Source of the DNA: Psammoneis japonica
Taxonomy: Eukaryota
Direction: 5' to 3'
Assembly: GCA_008632985.1 (NCBI GenBank)
Contig: QPGO01000030.1
Coordinates: 495,135-559,134, forward strand
DNA: 64,000 nt
Part shown: positions 52,297 to 62,255 of the stretch, piece after piece
Layout of the letters: each line of letters starts with the position of its first letter
Position numbering within the stretch: the first letter of the stretch is position 1
Position numbers and translations under genes: made by a program
Notes under the pieces: model-generated
The model's input: the letters and a program-made list of their open reading frames with translations, nothing else
Databases searched by the model: none
Told to the model about the DNA's origin: nothing

Positions 52297-55200
52297 CTGG
52301 ACAAATGTCTGAACCAGCAGCTCCACCTTGGCTGCTTGCATTTCTTGTTTGTCACATTTGAAGGAAAGTTGGCTTTGAAGTGCCAATTTTGTTTGTTGTG
52401 CCTGCCATTTGCTGAAGCAGTTGGACAAATGTCCGGTCAAGCAGCTCTGCCTTGGCTGCTTGCACCACTGTTGTTTGTCACATTTGACGGAAAATTGGCT
52501 TCACCAATTTTGATCGTTCGTTCAAGAGAGAGTGCAGTGACAACAATGGATGCTGCAACCAAGACCACCAACCCAAAACGTGCGCATTTCAATTCAACTG
52601 CGGTGAACCCAGCCAACCAGCAAACAAGGACATCCCTTGCCACCACCACCCAATGCATCAGGGACCACATCGTGTGGCTCCAACCAGAAACAGCCACCAT
52701 CCTCGAGAAGCTTGCTGTCAACCAAATCCAATTGCAAGCCAAGGCCTGTGACAAGGCCTTTCATGTCCAACGGATGGAAAAAGATGAGGAGTTCACCCCC
52801 CGCTCAACCCAAATCAACTTTGAATTTCAAATGTCAAAAACCGCTGAACAGAGCCAGGAGTTCTTGGCTCTGCAGGAGGAAACCAACGACCTCATCTCCA
52901 ATGCCCAAAAAGCCTTCAAAAAGCAAGTCATCCAAGCCACCAGGGTTGAACTTCACGTCATCCAAGAAGAAATTTTGGAGTCGTTCGCGAAAGCCACCCG
53001 ACTTGCAACCAAGAGTTTTGCTGTGGCCAACAGCATCACCACACCTGTCGACACCGCAGTGGTCACCCTGCTTGACTGCTGCCATGAAATGCTGCCAAAG
53101 TGCATCAAGGTCAAGAACCTCAATGTGTCCCTCACCAAATGCAAGGCAGCAAATGCTGTTGCTGACCTGCCACAACCGCTGGTTGCCCCTGCCGCTCGAC
53201 AATCCCAAACTCAAGATGACCGAGCCAGCGACTCCTTGTTCCTTGCACAAGAAGCAGTGCCAGCACCTGCCACTCTGCAAATCACTGCTGCACAACAGAA
53301 AATCGAGACTGAACTCAGCAAGATCTTCCGGGCGCTTGAATGCATCTTCATGTCTCCCTGGACCACCTGCCTGGCAACCAAACAGAAACATGACATCAGC
53401 CTCCAATTGAAAAAACTCAACAAGGAACACTTCGATGCCAAGGCCACCAAGAGCGCCAACATGGAAATTGATGGCAAAGCCACAGTTGACCCTCCCACTC
53501 TCCAAGAGCTCATCTGCAAGGAGACCGAGAAAAATGCCAAAAAGCTCTCCCAACAGGTCAACTCGCTTGCTCAATGCCTCAAGTCCATCAAAGCACAGCA
53601 GTCAAACAACCTGAGGGGCCAAAACTGCACCGCCGGCGCCTCATCACAAAAAGAAAAAGGCAAAGGTGCCCCATCGGATCGCACGAGGAAACAACACCCT
53701 CAATGCGACCGTGAAGCCGACAATGCCGACAACAACACCGCCAGCACAAACAAAAACAATTGACACGACTCCAAATCGAAACAGCAATCAAAAAAGAAAC
53801 AGCAGCGCTCCAACAACAGTTGGAACAGGCACCAGAGGCAACAACTCACTGAATCCATCGCACATGCGGATTCGTCACCAACCCATCTCACACAATCCAA
53901 CACAACGCCTGCACCCACCTGTGACGCATGCCCGCCTGGTGCTGCTTCAACAGGCCCTCACACCTTGCCTTCCATGACTGCACCACCACCAAACAACCTC
54001 CAATCACTGCTTGGCCTTAGTTTGAAATTTGTCCCTGCTCCGCGCTTCACCAACAACGGGAAGTCCTCCAAGATCCAAGAACAAACACTCGGAAGATTCA
54101 AACAAGACCTTGACAAACGAGATTTCTTCGCCAACGCACCTGTCAATGACGATGACAGAGGTCACAATCCCAGGATGCACCTCTGTTCCAACTGGACGCC
54201 CCCCTCCCTGGAAACTCACCAACATTGTCACATGCTGACACACAACCTTTGAATCACAAGTCACCAACCTCCTTGTGAAACGCCGTGGCAGAACCAACCT
54301 GCTGCCCCACCAACAACGTGCCCTGGCCTTTCTTCACAAACAAGACAACTTCACAATGGCCCAATGCGACAAGAACCTGGGGCCGGCCATCATCAAAAAG
54401 ACCGAATGTGCAAAGATGGCATTTTGCAACCATCTCAACGGCATGAATGCGCGCCAATTTTTGAGCGAGTTTGCATCAAAAAACTCCTCAATGACTGGCT
54501 CAAGGAACACAAAAATGGCCTCACACACTCCAATGGAATGCAAGTGCCTGAAACATTGCCTTGAAGCTAACAAAGACCCACCCCCCATCTTCCACCTTGC
54601 TCTGAAGGTGCACAAAGCCCCTCCGCTTTGATCCCGACCGATCGTCTCTGCCAGCGGCAGCCTGCTCTACGGCTCAGGCATCTGGGTGGATGACAAGCTC
54701 CAGAAAGTTGCGCGCCGCCAACAACCATGCTTCAAGAGCTCTGTGGACCTGAAACAAGCACTCGTCCAAATGGAGGTGCCATCGAACTGCCTCCTCTTCA
54801 CATCCGATGCCGAGGCCTGCCACTCCAATGTGCCCACCAAAAAAACACTTCGATTGATTGCTTCCCACCTCCGATGTCATGAACACGAACATGACGACAT
54901 GCCAACGGATGCCCTTGTCAAAGCCCTCCAAATTGTGATGGAAAATGATGCACTCACCTTCGGAGACACTGCCTGGCACAAGCGCAACGGAGCTGCCATG
55001 GGCACACCACCCGCCCCTCCATGTGCCACTTTGCACTGCGCACTTCACGAAGACATGCTCCTGGAGGAGTTCAGCTCCCAGCTTTTTCATTGCAAACAAT
55101 TCATTGATGACGTCTTCAGCATTTGGCACATTGCTGACACTGCCGCTGATGCCGCCACCTGGGAAGCATTTGCCTCCAGGCTTGATGACTTCAATGTCAC

Positions 55201-55797
55201 ATGGATCACGAGCCCACAAAGCCACCAAGTTAACTTCATGGACCTGACGATCTCACTCCAAGGCCCCAACATTCACACTGCCCTCTACAAAAGAGAAATG
55301 AACCTCTGCATGTGTGTCCCACCTCACTCAGCTCACCCGCCTGGAGCACTCACCGGCCTCATCATGGGCATGCTTCGCCGCTTTAAAAACCTGTGCTCCC
55401 AAAAATGAACTTGCTCCACCTCCGACTGCAAGCTGGAGGCTGCAAACCTGGCAAACTGCAGCCGCTCTTCCAAAAAGCGCGTGACCTCATCTTTGGCAAT
55501 GCTGCCAGAACAGCAGAAGAGCCCCAGTCAAACCCAATTTTCCTGCACCTTCCCCATCACCCAAACAACCCACCATCAAGTGAACTGCAGAAATTGTGGA
55601 AAGGTGCAGTGGCCAACCCTCCCTGCTCACAGCCCCTCTCAAACCTTCGAAGCCACGCCTGACAACGCATCGGCCTTGACCGCCTGATTGTCTGCTGTGG
55701 TCGCTCCCACAACCTTGGAAATCTCCTTTCATGCCGCACACTCCGAGTCTCCCATGGCACCCCAGTTTTGTCCTGTCGGGTTACAAACATGGAGGCC

Positions 55798-55838
<41 letters not shown>

Positions 55839-55937
55839 AACTTGATTTGAGTTCAACTTGATTTGAATTGAACAGATTCAATCAACCTGTCTGTCCTTCT
55901 TTGGATCTTTTTAATGCAACAACGCCCACCGCACGTC

Positions 55938-56008
55938 AACAACAACAGCCGGCTGCTGATGAAGCCACCACGAAAGTCTTGTTCTCCTGACTTCGGCCAA
56001 TGTTGTTG
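55938..56008 (+). ncRNA. Minimal type I hammerhead ribozyme (copy 2, best preserved)
   Basis: GGCTG-CTGATGA-AG(CCACCA)C-GAAA-GTC..GAC-TT-CGGCC; stem I is extended by caacaaca/tgttgttg. Confidence 0.7.
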
Positions 56009-56128
56009 TGCCTGCCATTCACTGAAACAGTTGGACAAACATCCAATTAAGTGGCTCTGCCTCAGCCACTTGCACTGCTGTTGTTTGTCACCTTTGACAG
56101 AAAATTGGCTTTGCCAATTTTGATCATT

Positions 56129-56169
<41 letters not shown>

Positions 56170-56263
56170 CAGAGAGAGAGAGATGGTGATTTGATTCAAA
56201 TCATTCCAATCAACTCATCTGTCCTCCTTTGGATCATTTCAGTTCAACAATGCCCACCATGTG

Positions 56264-56334
56264 AACAACAGCAGCCAGCCACTGATGAAGCCACCATGAA
56301 AGTCTCATGCTCCTGACTCTGGCCAACATTGTTG
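56264..56334 (+). ncRNA. Minimal type I hammerhead ribozyme (copy 3)
   Basis: GCCA-CTGATGA...GAAA-GTC..GAC-TC-TGGC, with a paired stem I and a CUC cleavage triplet. Confidence 0.65.
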
Positions 56335-56450
56335 TGCCTGCTGTTTGCCAAAACAGTTGGACAAACATCCAATCAAGCAGCTCTGCCTCAGCTGCCAGCA
56401 TCATTTGTTTGTCACATTTGACAGAAAATTGGCTTCACCAGTTTTGATTG

Positions 56451-56488
<38 letters not shown>

Positions 56489-56499
56489 GGGGAAGACAG

Positions 56500-57245
56500 A
56501 CAGATCATCATGGGCACATGCTGTTCCAACTCCAAAACCTTTGCTCCAATCCACAGGATGCCGGAGCCAAGATGAAGCTGCAGTGCAGTTGCTTGCAAGC
56601 CTGCGGACACAAACCCAACCAACTGCAACCAATTTTCCATGAAGCACGCAACCTGATTTTTGGAAATGCAGCCAGAACAGCAGCACCCCAGTCCAACCCA
56701 ATCTTTCTCCACATGCCCTTCCATCTGAACGACCTGCCTTCAAATGAACTTCAAAAAAATTGGAAAAGTGCTGTGTCCCAGCCACCCTCCCTGCTCACAA
56801 CCACTCTTCCACGGACCTTTGCAACTGTGCATGATGATGCATTGGCCCAGCCCACATGATTGCATGCTGCAGCTGTGCATGCAACCTTGGGAACTTGCTG
56901 TCACACCACAAGCTTGTGTGTCCTGTGGCCCCCCAGTTTTGTCCCGCCGGATTGCAGGTGTGGGAAGGCCACTGCTGCAAGAGAGAGAGAGAGAGAGACA
57001 GAGAGAGACAGAGAGTGATCAACCAGCTGTGGATTTGAAAACCAGTCATTCAAATTCACCCATCTGTCCTCCCTGCAGCAACAGCTGCACCTCGGATCTT
57101 TTTGACAGAAGAGCTTCAGCCACCACAGTCAACAACAGCAGCCAGTTGCTGATGAAGCCACCACAAAAGTCTTGCTCCCAACTTTGGCCAGTGCCACTGT
57201 GCTTGCCATTTGCTGAACAGCTGGACAAACGTCCAAATCTTTTCA
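56500..57245 (+). mobile_element. Further Penelope-like 3' fragment, (GA)n tract and pLTR module with a broken hammerhead (CTGATGA at 57149, GAAA mutated)
   Basis: LQACGHKPNQLQPIF...NLIFGNAAR homology to the long copy; GA tract ~56980-57016. Confidence 0.75.
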
Positions 57246-57906
57246 GCGCAACAACCTCTGCACACTTGTGTTGGCGCTCTCTCCCCCCCCCTGTGCGCCT
57301 CATCTCAGAGCCCCGGTGGCCATGCTGACACAAACAAGCAGCACGAGGACAATGCACACCATTTGAAAAAAGGGGGGGCTGCTTCAAATGCTTTTTTATT
57401 CAAGCACAATGCTCTGCCTCTCTTGTCATGTTGGCGGGGCGTTGTGCCGAGAATCATTCAACTCATTTCCCGCTGGCTCTTTTTTCAAGTTTGTCTTTTT
57501 AAGTTGAGAGTGAAAGAGCCCAGTCAGTGAAGAAAGGAGAGGCAGCAACTTGCCTCATGACCCACGCGGAAGCTGCACAAGAGATGCCACCTGTCTCATC
57601 CATCAAAGTGGAGGTGGGACGGCCGGGAACCAGCAACCTGCAGCAAGGAGCGAGAACAGGCGCAAATGATGTGAAACAGAATCCACCACCACACGTCAGT
57701 CGTGTTTTGGCTTTTTTGGAAGGCGGCGCCACATCATGGATCGTGCATGGCCACATCCGGCAGACCTGACTGACTGACTCATGATTCATGATGTCCGTCA
57801 CCGAACCGCTGCCAACGAAGTACCTCACCAAATGTACATGGTTGTGAAAAGCGGAGTCATACGGTGTTTTGAGGTTCATAACGCTAGTTGATGCATTACA
57901 GCAATG

Positions 57907-58770
57907 ATGGTAACAAGGTGTCTTTCCCTTGCCGCTATATTTCTTGGCGCTTCGATATCCACTGCGTTTGTACAAAACAATGAACCCATGATCCTAAGAA
58001 GAATTCATTCCCGTCGCCACATGTCGTCGACTACTAGGTCAGAGGATGAAGCGAAAGCCACGTCAACTCGCCGGGGACCCGAAATGTCAAAGGCGATTCC
58101 ATTCCTCTCGAGACCCAAGGAATTGACGGGGGAACTTGCAGGTGATTATGGTTTCGATCCACTCGGTTTTGCTCAGGACCGAGAACAGTTGTGGCAACTA
58201 AGAGAAGCAGAAATTAAACACGCTCGCCTTGCAATGCTCGTAAGTGTCGAAATGGTTAATTATTCTTCTTTCTAGACCCTGCTAAATCTAAAACCTCTGT
58301 TTCCTTGTCATTGAAAACCTCAGGCAGCAGCCGGATGGCCACTGTCAGAGCTGTTTGATAGAGACATTGCAGAACACTTTGGCGTCTCCTCTACTTTGGA
58401 TGCTGCTGATCGCGCTCCATCAATGTTTAATGGAGGCATTGAAAAGATATCACCGGTTTGGTGGGGTTTCTGTCTCGGGCTCACAGCCAGTATAGACATG
58501 TACGGAGTGTCTCGAGCTCGATCGGTCGATCCAGACTCAGGCTACAAGCACCTGCCTGGTGACCTCGGATTTGACCCCCTCGGCCTTTATCCATCAAATG
58601 ATGAAGGAAGAAAATCGATGCAACTTGCGGAAGTGAAACACGGCCGACTTGCAATGATCGCAGTGACTGGCTTTGCAATTCAGGAGGCTGCTACACAGGT
58701 CGGAGTAGTCGACGAAACGCCAATATTTTTTCGTCCGATAACTGAAACTATGTCGCACTGGATGCAGTAG
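57907..58770 (+). CDS. Light-harvesting (fucoxanthin-chlorophyll a/c binding, LHC family) protein; two exons
   Basis: Signal peptide ending [55 protein letters not shown]; intron 58240-58323. Confidence 0.95.
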
Positions 58771-59099
58771 ACCTGAGCGATAGAGTGAAGTTACTTTTGT
58801 TTCTATTCCATTGTTCGTTTTACTTTTTCAAAGGTTGCTGCAGCTCTTGGCAAGGTCGGCAAGAACTTGATGATATGTTTTTTCTTTCCGTAAATATGTA
58901 GAGAAGTTGTCACCCATTTTCCTTTTTTGTAGTCTGTAGCTTTGGAGCTTTGCGGAGATCCCTCGCAAGCGGTTTCGTAAAAAATTTTGAATTTGAAGTT
59001 GCCGGTTGTCGTTCGTTCACACCCACAAACCAAGCCACACGTACTGTACAGGCAGCTCGCCCTGGCTGGTGGCTGGACGTTTCGACATTCACGTTGACA

Positions 59100-60371
59100 A
59101 TGACAATGATGACAGTTGCAACGAGAGGGACACTGTTGCGGCTCGAGATCTGGGCATTGTGCTTCCTTCTTGTTTTTGCTAGATTGAATGGATTTTCGTT
59201 GAAAGTACAACGAGATCCTCCGCCAGCCGTACGAGACAGCGCCGTACGAGAAAGCAAGAGTGGTGTGCCGTTGACGTGCATTGCTAATTCAGATAGGAAG
59301 GAGGAGCCACTTCTCGCTTCTCGTTGCCTCAAACAGGCAAAAGAATCTTTGTCGGTTTCAAGAGCAGATTTTCTGGCCGTCTCTACGGTAGCGTTTATGA
59401 CAGGCTTTTCGCAACCGCCACCAGCAAAGGCAACTCCAGATCAAGAGTCGGATGCAAAGAAGCCGTCGTCGATGGAGTCCATTGCGACCAATTCCTTTGC
59501 AAGCACGTTAAAGGAATCTATTAGCGGCTTTGCCGCCGGTGCATCAGTCTCCGCATCAAAAACCATAATCAAGTACCCGCTCGACACAGCTACAGTTCGT
59601 CTTCAAATGCCGCAAACAGAGTACAGTATTTTCAGATTAGGCCAGCTCTTTGACGGAAGCTTTCGCGGGGTATCTGCACCACTTATCAGTAACATTCCCG
59701 CGGGAGCGATCTTCTTTGCCGTGAAAGATGCTGCCAAAGCAAATCTGCGTTCCGCCGGTGTTTCCAGGTTGTCTTCCACAGCCATTGCAGTCGCACTAGC
59801 ACAGTGTCCATATTGGCTTGTTCGAAATCCAAGCGAAGTGATCAAAACACGGCAGCAATCTGGGATTGATGGATATGGTGAAGGCGTGTCTATATTGGAT
59901 GCTTTTAGACTGGCTAGCGGTGATAATGCCAAGGAGGGAACCACCAATCGCACTGACATCAGCGGTCTCTACGTGGGATACTGGGAGAATATCTTTTATG
60001 CCTATCCCGCTGATGTTATCAAGTTTGTATGCTATGAATGCGTAACTGGTGGCAGAAAGGATCTCTCGCCTCAAGAAGGGGCTATTTCAGGCGCATTGTC
60101 AACTGCGGTGGCACAACTTCTTACAACTCCGCTAGATGTTGTTCGAAATCGTGTAATGGCCGGCGAAGACCAGTCGATTAAAAGTCAAGGGACAAAAGAC
60201 GAGAACTCATATATAAGTAGTCTTGTCGGTCTCTTCAAGCAAGAAGGTCTCCGAGGATTGTTTGCCGGAACTGCTCCTAGAGTAGGCAAAGCAATATTGA
60301 GTGGCGCTATTCAATTCGCCGCTTACGAGGATACAAAACAGAGAATAGGCAGCTTTTTCGTAAACAAATAA
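59100..60371 (+). CDS. Mitochondrial carrier family protein (SAM-carrier-like) with N-terminal targeting extension
   Basis: Three PxD/ExxK/RxR signatures: YPLDTATVRLQ, NPSEVIKTRQQ, TPLDVVRNRVM. Confidence 0.88.
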   Translation: MTMMTVATRGTLLRLEIWALCFLLVFARLNGFSLKVQRDPPPAVRDSAVRESKSGVPLTCIANSDRKEEPLLASRCLKQAKESLSVSRADFLAVSTVAFMTGFSQPPPAKATPDQESDAKKPSSMESIATNSFASTLKESISGFAAGASVSASKTIIKYPLDTATVRLQMPQTEYSIFRLGQLFDGSFRGVSAPLISNIPAGAIFFAVKDAAKANLRSAGVSRLSSTAIAVALAQCPYWLVRNPSEVIKTRQQSGIDGYGEGVSILDAFRLASGDNAKEGTTNRTDISGLYVGYWENIFYAYPADVIKFVCYECVTGGRKDLSPQEGAISGALSTAVAQLLTTPLDVVRNRVMAGEDQSIKSQGTKDENSYISSLVGLFKQEGLRGLFAGTAPRVGKAILSGAIQFAAYEDTKQRIGSFFVNK

Positions 60372-60912
60372 TGCACACCATTATTGTCCAGCTTTCCCCA
60401 TGTCATTTCAACAACCTTGCATTTACTACTAACTACACGGCAATCGAGTGATGTCGAAATCGCCAGGAACTGAGATGGATCTTCCGTTTCATTCTTGCGA
60501 AGCTACCATATGGTGCAAATCTAGAGAGATCTCTATTAGAGCTAGCCCTCTTGTTCATAGATAACAGCTACACTCTACTACCGCTAGAGTACTGTAGCAC
60601 CTCTCTAGGACTAGAGGCCCTACTCTAGCTACTACTCTCTAGCTAGAGGTAGAGAGTACCGGCAGGGAGAGCTACGTACAGAGGCATCGCATGCATACGT
60701 ACCGCGACCGCCCGGTACCAGCAGCTGTCGTCTGTGCTTCAACAGCAAAGCGCGTTCTCTATTTTTTGCATCTGTTCTTGCGTTCGCGCGCGCGGTTGTG
60801 TGTCACATGATGTGTGATCGTGATGTGTGATGATGTCTGATGTTGAATGGGCGGGAGTGATGTCAAGCAAAAAGGCAACATCGCCATGTCCGACAACCGC
60901 CGCAGATCAAAG

Positions 60913-62051
60913 ATGAAGATGTTTTTATTCCCAACAATCGGGCTACTTCACGTAGTCGCACTCGCTATTGTTTTTGTCCCACAGAACGCACATAGCTATG
61001 CGTCTCTGAATGTACCGAGGGTATCAGCGACGCGAACACCCCTCGCGTTTCGTCAGCGCAATCTTGCCCGTTCTACTTTTCGAGAAGACGAACTTGCCGG
61101 AATGCGTCCTCGTCGTTCTTCCACATCTCGTTCAGCGCTGGAAATGCAAGGTCTAGACGCTGGTGAACTAGTCAGCTCGCTCTTTAGCATTAATGGCAAC
61201 GTCCCAATGTGGCAGGCTTTTGGATTAAATGCTTTGCTCTTTACGCTGCTGCAGAAGAAACTGTTCCAGATGCTTACACCAAGTGGGTTTGCGCACGCTA
61301 TGGCATTGGGTACGCTTCTTTGGACGACACTGGGATGGAGAGGGTGGACACTGTGTGTACTGTACTTGTTCTTTGGCCAAGCTGTGACAAAGGTGAAATT
61401 TGAAGAAAAGGAACAAAGGGGAATTGCTGAAAGCCGAGGAGGCCGAAGAGGACCCGAAAATGTGTGGTATGTTGCCATCGCATGCTATAGGCTGTAAAGA
61501 ACTCATCCCGTATGAAAAGTTGCTTTTTTGTTCAAAGAATTGTTGTTTGCCTTTCTGTGCCTTTCAACACCAGGGGCTCCGCATTGACCGCGCTTGTCTG
61601 TGCCGCATGCGCCGTACAAGGCGAATCATTTCTTGGAATCAAATCGGAACTATTCCAAATTGGATTCGTGTCTGCATTAGCGACCAAGCTAGCAGATACA
61701 TTTGCTTCAGAGATTGGAAAAGCCTACGGAAAAACAACTTTCCTTATCACAACTCTTGAACGTGTTGAACCTGGGACGGAGGGGGCGATCTCGGCAGAAG
61801 GTACGGCTGCTGCTGTTGTGGGAGGATTGTTGCTGCCACTGTACGGATGGGGGATCGGATTGATCGACAGTAAATCTATCGGAATTGCGACCTTTGCCGC
61901 CTTTTTTGCGACCAACGTGGAAAGCCTTCTTGGAGCGACCCTCCAAGGCAAGAAGGGATTTGAGTTCATGACAAATGAAGTGGTGAATTTCTTCAATACC
62001 GTCATTGGTGCTGCCGTAGCTATGATTGGGTCGCATTTTTTATTTTTCTGA
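60913..62051 (+). CDS. DUF92/TMEM19 membrane protein (VTE6 phytyl-phosphate kinase-like); two exons
   Basis: GIAESRGGRRGPENVW|GSA, ATKLADTFASEIGK, VEPGTEGAISAEGT, ESLLGATLQ, TNEVVNF; intron 61467-61573. Confidence 0.88.
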
Positions 62052-62255
62052 TGGAATAATTAGAAAACATTTCATTGGCTTGGTCTATGACATTTGGTTC
62101 TGTTCTCATGCATTAGACTACCGTACACGACACGAATAGCTGTTGAGAGGCAGCGTTGTTTTAAAACGAAGGAAGCTGCGGCTCATTTTAGGAAGAAAAC
62201 GAAAGTGCTTGCGAGGAAACGAGATGATCTCCTCTGCTAGAGAGCCAAAGAACTG

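Larger units (their letters stand above)
52140..56130 (+). mobile_element. Near full-length endonuclease-less Penelope-like retroelement: pLTR, ORF1 (52546-53763, helical/coiled-coil), RT ORF2 (~53900-55790, disrupted), (GA)n, pLTR
   Basis: LLGLSLKFVP, DKNLGP, LKVHK..RPIVS, GAAMGTPPAP, FIDDVF.IW, FMDLTI, PPHSAHPPG are PLE RT motifs; no GIY-YIG after NLGNLLS; related ~300-bp modules at 52140-52530 and 55840-56130. Confidence 0.85.
31700..57800. other. TpA-depleted hypermutated repeat domain
   Basis: By eye TpA is nearly absent and TG/CA strongly enriched throughout; ORF-track peptides here are almost Tyr-free and Cys/His-rich, unlike those of the flanking genes. Confidence 0.93.

Noticed and set aside
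51470..56495. Poly-C, poly-G or (GA)n tracts as mutated telomeric repeats
   Set aside because: No 6-8 bp periodicity resembling TTAGGG or its TA-mutated forms.
52240..57190. TG/CA variation in hammerhead stem I as proof of TpA mutation
   Set aside because: One copy keeps CGGCC, so an ancestral CpG explains these columns equally well.
44570..57245. ADAR-like RNA editing of retroelement transcripts as the cause
   Set aside because: Both A->G and T->C appear on the same strand, and a DNA transposon, tRNA copies and intron-containing genes are equally affected.
32400..57400. The many 60-350 aa ORFs (e.g. 33004-34044, 35200-36153) as real Cys/His-rich metal-binding proteins
   Set aside because: They overlap in all frames, lack Tyr, and are explained by loss of TAA/TAG stops.
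31700..57800. Classical fungal RIP or plain methyl-CpG decay as the explanation for the TG/CA excess
   Set aside because: RIP increases TpA, and CpG decay cannot turn Tyr codons into Cys/His. CpG decay is present here but is not sufficient.
31700..57800. Contaminant or foreign DNA with a different genetic code or composition
   Set aside because: The borders are graded, one within a single element; the copia remnants are diatom-like; and an internal island has normal composition.
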